A stretch of 64,000 nt of DNA from assembly GCA_964016885.1 (NCBI GenBank), contig CAXHJY010001254.1, positions 2,744 through 66,743 on the forward strand, read 5' to 3'. Of this stretch, positions 12,051-26,682 are shown one piece after another; within the stretch, counting starts at the first letter, position 1; the number at the start of each line of letters is the position of its first letter. This stretch comes from Eledone cirrhosa. Lineage: Eukaryota. The notes beneath the pieces were generated by a model. It searched no databases. It was given only the letters and a program-made list of their open reading frames with translations, and was not told the origin of the DNA. The translations under genes and the position numbers were made by a program.

Positions 12051-14163
12051 ATGCAGAAACAACATCTTAATATTTCTAGAAAGAACATACCCGTACCAAG
12101 CAGGAAAACATACCTAAAACTCCTGATACAGAAAACAGGCGCGTTCATTAAAAGGTTGCGTTGGCGTGCCTTTTATTTCGATAATCCGCGAAAAGCAGAC
12201 AACAAACAGGATAAATTTGGATTTAAAACCTATACTAAACCCCGTGTAACCCAGCATTGCTACCCTTCGAAAATGATGTCTTGGAACTCATTCGGAGTAT
12301 CAAATTACGGAATAGGAGCAATTCCTTCCAGCAAGACCTGAAGAATATAATTCGTTGTATTAAGGATTCTAATGCCGTGCACGTCCATTCCGACAAAACT
12401 GGCAACCTATATCAAGTGGAGTGCAGTACTTACCATCAACTACTACATAATGCTGTAACTAAGGATTATCGTAAAACTAATCGGTGCGTCATCAATGAAA
12501 TCAACGGTTCTGGGTTTAAAATGACATCTGATCTCAACATCCTGGACCGGACCGAACCTCTGGACCCTATTTCTCCCCACTTTACCCTGAAGGATCACAA
12601 ATCCAATTTTCCGAACAACCCCTCTATTCGGCTTATTAACCCTACGAAGTCCGATTTAGGTAGACTTAGTAAAACGATTCTTGATAGAATTATAGCTGAA
12701 ATTAGAAGTTTGGCCCCTCTTGCACTGTGGAACAACTCTTTCGCGGTGATTGATTGGTTCAACGGCATATGTAACAAGGAACATTGCCGTTTTATCCAAT
12801 TCGACATCAACAATTACTACTCCTCCATCACTTTACCACTTTTCCTTAGAGCTATCAATTTCGCTAAAACACTCACAGTGGTTAAGGATTTCGAAGTTGA
12901 TGTCATCCTCAATGCCCGAAAGTCGGTGATTAATTTCGACGACTCTATTTGGATTAAAAAATCCAATAGTACCGCATTCGACGTGAGTATGGGCGCCAGT
13001 GATTCTGCGGAGGTTACTGATCTTATCGGCCTTTTCTTTCTTTTCTCTATCAAGGACGAATTCCCCAACGCGGACGGTGGTTTGTACCGTGACGATGGTC
13101 TTTTGACCATGACTAAGTGCGGACCTCGTGCTTGCGACAGGTTCAGAAAAGAACTCACAGCCTTCTTTAAAGACTTCAACCTCTCTATACAGGTTGAGGC
13201 CAACCTCTCGGTCGTTAATTACCTCGACGTTACCCTCAATTTATTGAATGGGTTGTATTACCCGTATAGAAAGCCGAATGATACGCTTAATTACATAAGT
13301 AAGCATTCCAATCATCCTGCCAGCATAACCAAGAACCTGGTAAGAAACGTTTCGTTGAGGCTTTCCCGTCTTTCCACCAACGAGCGTTCCACTTATTACA
13401 ATGAAGCTCTTGCTCGAAGTGGATTTGTCGATAAGGTAGCATATACAGAGTACGAAAATAGACCTAGAAGAAATAGATCCCGTCGCATTTGTTGGTATAA
13501 CCCACCATATAATATGGAGGTGGCCACACCATTAGCTAAGATCTTTCTTTCCCTTATTACGAAGCATTTTCCCCTACACATAAATATAGTAAAATTTTTA
13601 ATAGAAATACTATTAAAATTTCTTACTCTACGACTCCTAACCTTGCACATAACGCCACAGCTTCAAATTTAGCTAAACTACCTAGCCGTAGGAACGCGTG
13701 CAACCCTGTAGTTAGTACTAACTGTAATTGTAGGAATCGGGTTGATTGCCCCCTATCCGGGAAATGCCTCTCTAGCAACATTGTCTACAAATGTAAGGTT
13801 GTAACACCCACGTCCCGTAGAGCCTACATAGGGTTAACCGCCAATAGATTCAAGCAGCGTCTTTAATTGCATACCCATTCTTTTCGTTACCCTCTAAGAA
13901 GGAATATAGCGTCGCTTTCAGCTTATATCTGGAGTCTAAAAGACAACCACACCCAATATAAGTTACACTGGGAGATCCTAGCTAGGGCTAGATCGTATAA
14001 CGGAAATAAAAGACCATGTGACCTCTGCGCCGCTGAGGCTCTGGAAATACTCTACGCCACAGACCACATCTTAAACAAAAAATCTGAGGCAATTTCGGCT
14101 TGTAAACATAAATTGCACAAAACTTTCCTGTATTACAGCCCCACGTTATACCCTAACGGATAG
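12051..14163 (+). pseudogene. PLE RT/GIY-YIG polyprotein, disrupted by frameshifts near 12250 and 13580 and a stop near 13864; possibly Hydra clade
   Basis: DKTGN, TLKDHK, FDINNYYSSI, SMGA, LYRDDG, WYNPPY; CNCRNRVDCPLSGKC linker; IVY...YIG; CDLC...LNKKSE...CKH. Confidence 0.88.
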
Positions 14164-15256
14164 TGCTATCTATACGTGGATATTTTACGTCTTGATGTGG
14201 GAGCTAAGTATGTTTTGTTTATACCATTACTTATTTGCATAGGTAAGTATATATTAGCCGTATGTTTTGTGAAGGTACGTATACCTTCTCGTACGTATAT
14301 TTGATTGTTTATGTTATGGCGTATATTTTTATATATTCTGGTACATATGGTTTGGCTATGTGTATACGGGAGTTTTGCTTCTGTGTGAGTATGCAGTGTG
14401 TACGTATGTAGGGTGTGTGTATGTGTGTACTTCATGTTTTGGTTGACTTACGTATCCGAACATTCGTGTATTTACATGTAGGTATGTGTGTGCTTTTGTT
14501 ATATACGTATTTATTTATTTATATACGTTTATATAATTATTTAGTTATTTGTATACACGCATACACACACACACATATTTATATGTGCATAGTTTGGTTT
14601 ACCTATGGTAAGTGTTTTGCGTATGCTTGTGTATGTACGTATTTGTTTGCGTGTATGTATTTATTTATTTCTATTACTTCTGTATTGTATTTATTTACTT
14701 TGTTCTTAACTATGTAGCGGAGATTCATTCGGTCCCCTAGTTAGAATTTTAGTCTACGACTTCTGCTATACCATTTACGAGGTTTTGTCTTTGCGTGCTA
14801 TTGTTCTCCACGATCCATATATGACGTATTATCTTCGTTTTTTTTCGTTCATTGCCAGAGAACGTCTCTATGAACCACCTAAGAGACAATTAGTCTACGA
14901 CCTCTTTTATACCATAAACGTGGTTCTGTCTTTGCGCGTAATTGTTTTTCACCGCTCCTATTAATGACGTATTATATTCGTTTTTTCCCGTTCTTAGCCA
15001 GCGAACGTTACCACGAACCAAAGTATCGTCTTCCTGTCTTCCTCCGGTTGCAACGTTTTTTGAAATATCCACTTCTGCGTTTACAGATTGACTTTGTTAG
15101 TTTCAGAAGATCCCGTTAAGGGTGAAAGCAGCGATTCTTTGCTTAAACTTTAATCTGTTATTTTAATAAATATTTGCTCTACGGTTCTTATATATTTGAT
15201 ATATATTTATCCTTATCGAGCCCTCTTTGGATTTTAGTCTTCAAATTTATTATTAT

Positions 15257-15330
<74 letters not shown>

Positions 15331-15451
15331 CATATATATATTATATATATATATATTATATATATATATATTATATATATATATATATTATATATATATA
15401 TATTATATATATATTATATATATATTATATATATATTATATTATATTATAT

Positions 15452-15662
15452 CGGTCGTTAATTACCTCGACGTTACCCTCAATTTATTGAATGGGTTGTA
15501 TTACCCGTATAGAAAGCCGAATGATACGCTTAATTACATAAGTAAGTATTCCGACCATCCTGCCAGCATAACCAAGAACCTGGTAAGAAACGTTTCAGAA
15601 GATCCCGTTAAGGGTGAAAGCAGCGATTCTTTGCTTAAACTTTAATCTCTTATTTTAATAAA
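15452..15662 (+). mobile_element. Chimeric PLE-1 fragment: RT piece joined to the pLTR HHR piece
   Basis: 15452-15595 matches 13209-13354, then jumps via GTTTC to the sequence at 15100-15170. Confidence 0.75.
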
Positions 15663-15665
15663 TAT

Positions 15666-15746
<81 letters not shown>

Positions 15747-15789
15747 AAATATATATATATAACATATATAATATATATATATAATATAA

Positions 15790-17372
15790 TAGGAACGAGT
15801 AGGACCCCGACGGCTGAGCTCAAGCCGTTTCGACGGCTAATTCTGGACTAAATGAAAATTTTTATCCTGGTATATGAATAGCCGAGCTTCTCAGGAGGTA
15901 ATTCCATAAATGGTAAAAGTGATTGTCACAAGGATTGGTCAAACGTTTGTTGTTGAGACACATAATTCTATCATCGCAATTTGTGGAAGGAAGGGGTAGC
16001 TGAACCTGCCAGTAGAAGAAAGAGGGAGAGGGAGTGGAGGAAACCCAGTCGTGCGTTGATAGTGCCAACTACAGCAGGGCAGGAGGTCAAGCAAGTATAC
16101 TAGGGAGTGAGAAGGGTAGGAAGTCGAGACAATAAGTAAATCAATATGGAGTAAATATATAGAAGAATACCAATAATGTTAAAAATATAAAAAAACAATT
16201 TCTGGTTACCATTCCCTAACGACAGTCATCAAGTCTCTCACTGGTCTGCTAAACTATAGAAAAGTTTACTAGGTGGGACGGAATTGTAATGAGACCATTT
16301 TAAGAGTTAGTAGTAATCAACCGAGTATATCTTACGGTGACAGGTCAACAAGTAGGGGGCCAAACAACTAAAGAAACTACCACGAAATAATAATTCCGAG
16401 TCCCGAAACTAATACGAAATAATTGTTTCTACCCTAGGCACAAGACCAGCAACCACCCAGTGCAAAAAATAAACTAATACGAAATAATAATTCAGAATCC
16501 CGAAAATGAATACTAATACTATCTCCAAGGGTGCCGCTACGATACAAAAATTCTAGTGCAAACTACATAAATGCTCGTACGAAGTATATGAAAAATTTGA
16601 TACAGAAAATTAATTCAGAATCCCCCACCCCCACCCTCACCCCCAAAAATAAATACTGATATACGAGAAATTAAAGCAGAGATACCACTAAGAAATGTAG
16701 AAAGCACGGAAATGGGGCAGCCATCGAATAAGAAAGCAAGTATCTGGGGTCTATCACATCTGCTATAAAAAGCGGAGTCAGCCAATTCTATCATAGAATA
16801 GGTGGGGGTACTGAGGCTACAAAGGACTGAGGGGCTGCCCCGGGTGGGCGAGAAAGTGAAAAGGACGACGACAAAGAAGGAGGACTGGGGTGGAAGGACT
16901 AGGAAGGGATGGGGGGAAGAAGGAAATATAGAGGAAACGATAAAAAGATATAAAAGAAGATCTTACGTCTACCTTTGCAAGCAGGGGTTACCCATTACAA
17001 AGTCGGCAAGTGGGGTGTTACAGCCCTTGTCTACTCCCACGGGTCATTATGGGGTTTGATGGCGAGGTAAGTCCTACGCAATCTGTGTTTGCATGCAGTT
17101 ACCAGTTCATCTTTCTTGTTTAGGAGTTGGTCCGTCGAAAACAGCATTCGTAAAGTTTCCTCTGAGCATAAATTGCACGGACGGCGTCTTCCCTTGTAAG
17201 AGTTGGCTCTGGACAGTAAGCTCCGAGTGAGATCATGGGTAATATTGGTATCTTTAAGGTCCCAGATGTGGCCAGAAAGTGTGGTGGCGTGACGCCGGGC
17301 CGGGTTTCGGAAAGTATGTCTGTGTGGTATAGACGGGTCTTGAAGTCACATGACAACACAGACATACTTATA
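15790..17372 (-). mobile_element. 3' part of PLE-3 family: GIY-YIG C-terminus plus long 3' pLTR with HHR at 15804-15899
   Basis: 16980-17350 is highly similar to 48240-48620; the non-coding part matches 51505-52460. Confidence 0.8.
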
Positions 17373-17391
17373 TATATTATAAAGGCAGTGG

Positions 17392-17572
17392 ATTGGCAGT
17401 ATCGTTAGAGGGTCGGACGCCATGCTTTGACGCATAGAGTTACGGCCCTTGCCATTCTGAGTTCAAATCCCGCCGAGGTTAACTTTGCCTTTCATCCTTA
17501 CGGGGTCGATAAAATGAAGTACCAGTAATACACTGGGTAATTGCTGGCCTTGTGCCTAACGTAGAAACAATT
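17392..17572 (+). mobile_element. tRNA-derived SINE
   Basis: A box TGGCAGTATCGT, B box GAGTTCAAATCC, conserved core and tail as at 2784. Confidence 0.85.
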
Positions 17573-18707
17573 ATATATATATATATTATATGTATATATT
17601 ATATATATATATTATATATATATATTATATATATATATATTATATATATATATTATATATATATATTATATATATATATTATATTATATATATATATATT
17701 ATATATATTATATTATATATATATATATTTTATATATTATATATATATATATTATATGTATATATTATATATATATATTATATATATATATATTATATAT
17801 ATATATTATATATATATATATTATATATATATATTATATATATATATTATATTATATATATATATATTATATATATTATATTATATATATATATATTTTA
17901 TATATTATATATATATATATTATATATATATAGATTATATATATATATATTATATATATATAATATATATATATATATAATATATATTTATATATTTATA
18001 TAATATATATATATTATATATATATATTATATATATATATTATATATATATTATATATATATATAATATATATATATATAATATATATAATATATATATA
18101 TAATATATATAATATATATATATAATATATATAATATATATATATAATATATATAATATATATAATATATATATAATATATATAATATATATATATATAA
18201 TATATATATATATACATAAATATAATATATATAATATATATATATATAATATAATATATATAATATATATATATATATAATATATATATAATATATATAA
18301 TATATATATATATAATATATATATATAAAATATATAAATATATATATATAATATATATATATATATAATATGTATATATATAATATATATATATAATATA
18401 TATATAATATATATATATAATATATATAATATATATATGTAATATATATATATATATATTATAAATATATATATAATATATATATAACATATATATATAA
18501 TATATATATAATATATATATATAATATATATATAATATATATATGTAATATATATATATATTATAAATATATATATATAGTATATATATAATATATATAT
18601 ATAATATATATATATATATAATATATATATATATAATATATATATAATATATATATAATATATATATAATATATATATAATATATATATAATATATATAT
18701 ATAATAT

Positions 18708-18738
<31 letters not shown>

Positions 18739-18751
18739 TACATATATATAT

Positions 18752-20105
18752 ATTTATTAAAATAACAGATTAAAGTTTAAGCAAAGAATCGCTGCTTTCA
18801 CCCTTAACGGGATCTTCTGAAACTAACAAAGTCAATCTGTAAACGCAGAACTGGATATTTCAAAAAACGTTGCAACCGGAGGAAGACAGGGAGACGATAC
18901 TTTAGTTCGTGGAAACCTTCGCTGGCAAAGAACGGGAAAAAACGAATAATACGTCATTAATAGGAGCGGTGAAAAACAATTACGCGCAATATATATATAT
19001 ATATAATATATAATGTTTTGTTTATTCCTTTACTTATTTGCATAGGTAAGTATATATTACCCGTATGTTTTGTGAAGGTATGTATACTTTCTCGTACGTA
19101 TATTTGACTGTTATGGCGTATAATTTTTACATAGTCTGGTATTTAGGGTTTGGCTATGTGTATACGGGAGTTTTGCGTCTGCGTGAGTATGCAGGTTCGT
19201 ACGTATGGTGGGTGTGTGTATATGTGTACTTCTTGTTTTAGTTGACTTACGTCTCCGAACATTCGTGTATTTATATGTAGGTATGCGTGTGCGCTTGTTA
19301 TATACGTATTTATTTACTTATATACGTTGATATAATTATTTATTTATTTATTTGTACACAAGCATACACATACACACACATATTTATATGTGCGTGGTTT
19401 TGTATACCTATGGTAAGGTTTTGCGTATGCTTGTGTATGTACGTATCTGTTTGCATGTATGTATTTATTTGTTTCTATTACTTCTGTATTGTATTTATTT
19501 ACTTTGTTCTTAACTCTGTAGCGGAGATTAATTTTAGTCTACGACTTCTGCTATACCATTTACGTGGTTTTGTCTTTGCGTGCTATTGTTCTCCACGCTC
19601 CACATATGACTTATTATCTTCGTTTTTTCGTTCATTGCCAGAGAACGTCTCTATGCACCACCTAAGAGAACATTAGTCTACGACCTCTTTTATACCATAA
19701 ACGAGGTTCTGTCTTTGCGCGTAATTGTTTTTCACCGCTCCTATTAATGACGTATTATATTCGTTTTTTCCCGTTCTTTGCCAGCGAACGTTACCACGAA
19801 CCTAAGTATCGTCTTCCTGTCTTCCTCCGGTTGCAACGTTTTTTGAAATATCCAGTTCTGCGTTTACAGAAGTGGATATTTCAAAAAACGTTGCAACCGG
19901 AGGAACACAGGAAGACGATACTTTGGTTCGTGGAAACGTTCCCTGGCAAAGAACGGGAAAAAACGAATATAATACGTCATTAATAGGAGTGTTTTTTTAA
20001 ATATCTACTTCTGCGTTTACAGATTGACTTTGTTAGTTTCAGAAGATCCCGTTAAGGGTGAAAGCAGCGATTCTTTGCTTAAACTTTAATCTGTTATATT
20101 AATAA
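18752..20105. mobile_element. PLE-1 3' UTR/pLTR copies: 18752-18989 (-) and 19013-20105 (+) with an internal inverted duplication ~19740-19990
   Basis: Homologous to 14210-15170. Confidence 0.85.
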
Positions 20106-20171
20106 ATATATATATATATATATATAAATATATATATATATAAATATAAATATATATAAATATAAATATAT

Positions 20172-20202
<31 letters not shown>

Positions 20203-20244
20203 AATATAAATATATATAAATATAATATATATATATATATAAAT

Positions 20245-20303
<59 letters not shown>

Positions 20304-20306
20304 AAT

Positions 20307-20337
<31 letters not shown>

Positions 20338-20363
20338 AATATAAATATATATAAATATAATAT

Positions 20364-20396
<33 letters not shown>

Positions 20397-20446
20397 AATA
20401 TATATATATATAAATATATATATATAAATATATATAAATATAATAT

Positions 20447-20642
<196 letters not shown>

Positions 20643-20654
20643 TTAAATATATAT

Positions 20655-21172
20655 ACAAATTAATATAAAATAAATTTTAGTCCCATATAAACGGCTGTTA
20701 TTTCTAGCGGCACGAGTAAAGGACTGGCTAAGCACTGGGACACCATGTGCGTTCTCTCAGTCCTCCTAAGTATTTTGAAGTGAAACATACCAATTTCTGG
20801 GTACCTGCAGATGAGCACAGAAATGGAATTTTCACTTATTGTTGCGAAACGGATTTGAGTTATGAAATTCAAATTTGTCCAGGTACCACGGCTATTGCCA
20901 ATATGGGTTTGTTTTTATTGATTTATTGTTTTAAATCGAGACAGGCAAACTGTATTAATTTAATTAGTATTTTTCAATCTAGCTAACTTGGTCATTTACA
21001 ATACAAACACTTATATAATTGTATTAGTGTTTATCATATATTAATTTATATTAATTTGTATTTCACGGCTCAGAAATATCTCTTTCTTTGAGCTATTTAA
21101 TTGTAAAAGACTGTTTGAGTTATAACTCTATATATAGTAAATATATATATATATATATATAAATATATATAA

Positions 21173-21205
<33 letters not shown>

Positions 21206-21255
21206 AATATATATATATACATATATAAATATATATAAATATATATATATATATA

Positions 21256-21313
<58 letters not shown>

Positions 21314-21465
21314 AATATATATATATATAAATATATATAAATATATATATATATAAATATAAATATATATAAATATAATATATATATATATATATAAATA
21401 TATATATATAAATATATATATATAAATATATATAAATATAATATATATATATATATATATATATA

Positions 21466-21521
<56 letters not shown>

Positions 21522-21895
21522 AATATATATACAAATTAATATAAAATAAATTTTAGTCCCATATAAACGGCTGTTATTTCTAGCGGCACGAGTAAAGGAC
21601 TGGCTAGGCACTGGGACACCATGTGCGTTCTCTCAGTCCTCCTAAGTATTTTGAAGTGAAACATACCAATTTCTGGGTACCTGCAGATGAGCACAGAAAT
21701 GGAATTTTCACTTATTGTTGCGAAACGGATTTGAGTTATGAAATTCAAATTTGTCCAGGTACCACGGCTATTGCCAATATGGGTTTGTTTTTATTGATTT
21801 ATTGTTTTAAATCAAGACAGGCAAACTGTATTAATTTAATTAGTATTTTTCAATCTAGCTAACTTGGTCATTTACAATACAAACACTTATATAAC
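20655..21895 (+). mobile_element. Non-coding HHR repeat family C: two copies 876 bp apart separated by an AT microsatellite
   Basis: 20655-21018 nearly identical to 21531-21894. Confidence 0.75.
20800..20887 (+). ncRNA. Type I HHR variant (U4A core CAGATGA) with long stem III; second copy 21676-21763
   Basis: GGTACCTG-CAGATGA-GCA...TGC-GAAAC-GGATTTGAGTT-ATGA-AATTCAAATTT-GTC-CAGGTACC; perfect 8-bp stem I. Confidence 0.8.
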
Positions 21896-21911
21896 ACACA
21901 CACACACACGC

Positions 21912-21961
<50 letters not shown>

Positions 21962-21984
21962 TTGTTGTGAAAGAGTCATTTCTC

Positions 21985-22215
21985 AATCTTGGCGCAAAAC
22001 CAAATTTTTATTCACATGACCTCTACCGACCAATCAAAATTGTTTTGACCACAAGAATTGTTGCTGGAGCCACTTTTTTAACATAAAAACAGTCTTGGCG
22101 CAAAATCAATTTTTTACACTCACATGACCTCTACCGCCAATCAAAATTGTTTTGACCACAAGAATTTTTGCAACACCAAAGTAACGCTGGAGCCACTTTT
22201 TTAACATAAAAACAG
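21985..22215 (+). repeat. Tandem duplication of ~105-120 bp
   Basis: TCTTGGCGCAAAA...CACATGACCTCTACC...GCTGGAGCCACTTTTTTAACATAAAAACAG occurs twice. Confidence 0.7.
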
Positions 22216-22276
22216 GTAGAATTCCCAAAACTAATCAGATCAGAGCAAACAGCACGGACACTCTACCTCAAAATTA

Positions 22277-22314
22277 TTTTTGAAAAGCATTTAGAAATGC
22301 GCAACCGGTAAAAA
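22277..22314 (+). ncRNA. Degenerate minimal HHR variant (U3-A8 core; GAAA>GCAA)
   Basis: TTT-TTGAAAA-GCATTT-AG-AAATGC-GCAAC-CG-GTA-AAA; same architecture as 4419-4459. Confidence 0.4.
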
Positions 22315-22431
22315 CTTAAAAACTTAAAACCACAACTGAATACTAACCCATACAATCACTAATACTCTTTTATTCCTAATTAAACCATTTTTCAACTGTG
22401 AACAATTTGTCAGCATTTTCTATTCCGTTTA

Positions 22432-22997
<566 letters not shown>

Positions 22998-23059
22998 AAT
23001 ATATATATATAACTTTGAAATGTTTTGGCCAGTATTGGCCCAGGCCATGTCTAACTTTA

Positions 23060-26000
23060 TAGCACCACCTGGCGAAGTCTTTCAATTCAGGATTTGGGCA
23101 CCATGGCCCATTCGAGAAGAGAATTACTGTTGCGGAGACATATCCGGGTGTGGGTGGTTTGTCCGGGATTACTTGGAGGAATTTGTCCAAAGACTTCTTG
23201 AATTTTGTGTGGTCAGTTTCTGTTTTGACGTGTCCTGGTGTGATGTTGAAGAGAGCAGGGCCAATTGAGGTGAAATAATTATGCCGTATTGTTGTTATGA
23301 GTTGCGATTTAGATTTTTGTTTGGGACGGATAGCACGGGGCCCAAGCCTTGGGTGTATTTTGAAGGTGATGCCAACATCATTTGGGCAGTGCTGATGAAA
23401 CATTTTCCACATCATGCAGATAATATAACGCTCACGGCGACGTTGGAGTGAGTAAAGTTTCAGCTTTTCTAGTCGACCCCAGTAGTCAAGGTCTGACATG
23501 CCATCTATCTTTTTCGTTATTGCTCTTTGGGGAGCTTCAAGTTTCATGATACTTTGTTTCGTGTGGGGAGACCATAGTGGACAACATTATTCAAGGTGTG
23601 GTCGGGCAAAAGTGGAGAAGAGAAGGATAATGGTGTGGGAATCTCTCGACTGGAAGGTTCTGAGGATCCAGGAACACATTCTGCGGGCCATGTCAACTTT
23701 GCTGCTTATATGCGTGGCCCAGCTTATGTTGCTGTCCACGGTTACTCCCAAGTCTCTGATGTTGTTAGATGCCACGAGAGTTTCACCGGAGGGAAGGGAG
23801 TACGGGAGTTTCAGAGCATCCTCTTTTCCAAAGTGGATCAGTTCGAATTTGTCTTCGTTCAGTAACATGTTGTTCTTTTCCGCCCATTGGGTAACAGCCA
23901 GTAGGTCTGACTGAAGGCTTATCCGGTCATCCACGCCATTGATGACCTTTTGGAGCTTGGAATCATCAGCGAAAATTCTAATGTTGCTGTGTTTGATGAT
24001 GTCAGTGATGTCATTAATATAGATGATGAAGAGAAGTGGGCCCAACACAGTGCCTTGTGGGACCCCACTACTGACTTTGGCTGGGCTGGATTTGACTCCT
24101 TCGACTACAACATGTTGGGTTCTGTTTGACAGGAAGCTCTTGATCCACTGCAGCAGCCTTCCAGTGACACCAATATTGGACAGCTTTCTCAGTAAAATGT
24201 TGTGATCAGCCCTGTCAAAGGCCTTGCTGAAATCAAGGTAGATAACATCAGTGTTGGAACCCTCTCCCAAGGCTCTCAAAATGTCATCAAAGTGATGCAG
24301 TAGCTGCGTCAGGCAATCCCTTCCATTACGGAATCCATGCTGGTTGGAGTTCAGCATATTGTTACTCTCAAGGAAGTGGGTCATTCGCGATCACACCACT
24401 CTCTCAAATACCTTAATGATATGAGAGGTGAGTGAGATTGGACGGTAATTCACGGCAAGGGATTTGTTTCCTTTTTTGAAAACTGGGACAACAGACTGGG
24501 ATAGAAGATTTTCTGGCACATATCCAGCATCCAGTGAGTTCCGCCACAGATTGGCAAGAGGAGATGCAAGTTGGTGTTGACACGCCTTCAAGACACAAGC
24601 AGGGAACCTATCGGGACCTACTGCTGAATTATGCTTGATTTCCTTTATTGCCGCTAAGACATCAGGGGCGCCAAACGTTATGTCCGATAAGGTGTAATGG
24701 GGAGTAACATCGCCGATACAGCCCAGATCGGCCATATCAGGATTGCTGAAAACAGAGCAGTATTGTTTCTGCAGTATCTCACCCATGATTTTAGCATTGT
24801 CTTGAAGGGTGCCATTTTCATCAATTAGAGGGCCAACAATAGAGGCAGTGATTTTATGTTTTTTTTGCAAATGAAAAGAACACTTTGGGATTGAGTTTGA
24901 TCTTCTCAATGGCCCAGGCCTCTTCAGTTCTTCTCTGATTGTTGATGAGGGACATTATGTTGTTTTGGAGGTTATGTTTTTTAATCTCTAGTCATGAAAT
25001 GGCAGTCAAGTTGATGTGTTGCTGCTGACAGTATTTCAGCTTGTTGATTTTTTTGTTAGTTCTCTTAATTTTCCTGATGAGCGTTTTTCTATTTCTAGGG
25101 ATTCTGCTCTTAGATTTGTTTATAGTTCTTAATGGGGTGTGTTTTGCACATATGTTTGTAACAGTGTCCACAAATTTCTGCCAGGACTTTTTGATGTTAG
25201 TGGGTGTATGAGTGTGCGTGAAGGACCAGTCGAGATGTGCAAGATCATGACTGATCGCTTCCCAGTTTGCATTGTGGAAATCCATAGCGTCAAACGGATG
25301 GACAGGAGAGATGACATTGGGTTTGTATATTGGACGGTGGAATCTCAGATCACAGAAAACCATGTCATGATCAGAGAGTAGAGTTTTCTTCACTGAAATA
25401 TTGTGGATATTGTCAGTGTGATTGCTGAAAATTAAGTCTAGGACGTTTTTGTGGCACCTCGTTGGTTCGAGCACCAGTTGGGACAGGAAGAAATCATCCA
25501 TGAAGTCAAGAAGCGATTCCACTGCTTCCCTGTCAGAGGTTGAGGCAGAAGAACCTGGTGGCAGGCTGTTTGTGGACCAGTCAACTCCGGGGAGGTATGT
25601 TGTCAGGGTGACACTCTTGGATGAAACACTTTATGCTGTTGAGGCATTCCTTGAAGCATGGTAGAGGCGTTTGGGGTGGCCTATAGAGCCCAACTACTAT
25701 TAGGGTGTTGGTTTGACTGAATACATTGACTGCTTCGCAGTATCCATTAGTAAATATGTTCATAGCCTCTGTTGAGAAAGAATTATGGACATAAATGGCA
25801 GTCCCACCCTTTCTTCTGCCAGCGCGATCAGCACGGATGGCTTTGAAATTTTTCACTTTCACCTCGGCTTCCAAGTGGAGGTTACTGAGATGGGTTTCAG
25901 TGAGGACGAAGAAAGGGATGTGGTTTGGATGGACATCAACCCAGTCCTCTAGGAATTTGATCTTCCATTTTTGAGTATTGGTGGAAGGGCTGATGCCTTG

Positions 26001-26087
26001 GGCGTTAAGCAAAAATGCTGAGGCGAGAGTGGATGGTTTTAATTGTTTTGGTGTGTTGTTAATTTGTTTGTTTGTTAATGGCAGCAA
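23060..26087 (-). pseudogene. LINE ORF2 (APE endonuclease + RT), frameshifted
   Basis: LNAQG, LTETHL, GGTAIY, LYRPP, LDLIFSN, SDH; NYRPISLTS, QHGFR, YLDFSKAFD, GVPQGTVLGPLLF, FADD. Confidence 0.9.
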
Positions 26088-26682
26088 TGGGAGTTTGTGA
26101 AGTGGGGTGATAGTGGAGGGTGGTTCTGGGTGATAGCTCGAATGTTTTTTTCCAGTTCTTTTGCCAGATTCATTATGGCTAAAAAAGAGGAAGAAGTTTC
26201 CTGTTTAGGAGACTGTTGGTGACTGTGGTAGTGGTTATTTTTATGTAGGTTATGGTTTTTGTTTTTGCATTTATTTTTATTTTTATTTTCATTTGTCCGA
26301 CGGGTCCCCGGGAGATGGGTAAAGGGACAATCCCGGTGTAAACATAATCTGTCTCGCATGTGGGTATGGTGTGGCGTGCGATGGCCGGAGGCGGGGGAGT
26401 GCTCGACCGGAAGGGGTCTTTGGCCGGAAGGATGCTCGACCGGAAGGGCCAGCAGAGGGTCTCTCTCTAGTGGTGACCAGCACACGGTGTGGACGCGAGT
26501 TTTGGGCAGCTCCCGGTGTTAAGCAGTTGGACGCACGTGGAAGAGGAGTACCTGCAGTGGAATTTAGCGGCGCCTGTGAAAAGCGGTAAGTGAGATAGCT
26601 TTTTCTAACCACAAGCTATTTCGGCGACTGAAAAAAAAACAAAAAACCAAAAAAAAACACTTGCCGCAAGACAAATCAGAAG

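Noticed and set aside
12051-14163. Selenocysteine recoding as in Naiad PLEs
   Set aside because: Endonuclease is C-terminal, and the disruptions are frameshifts and a TAA, not in-frame TGA at Cys positions
17392-17480. tRNA gene
   Set aside because: A/B boxes belong to a SINE head with no cloverleaf
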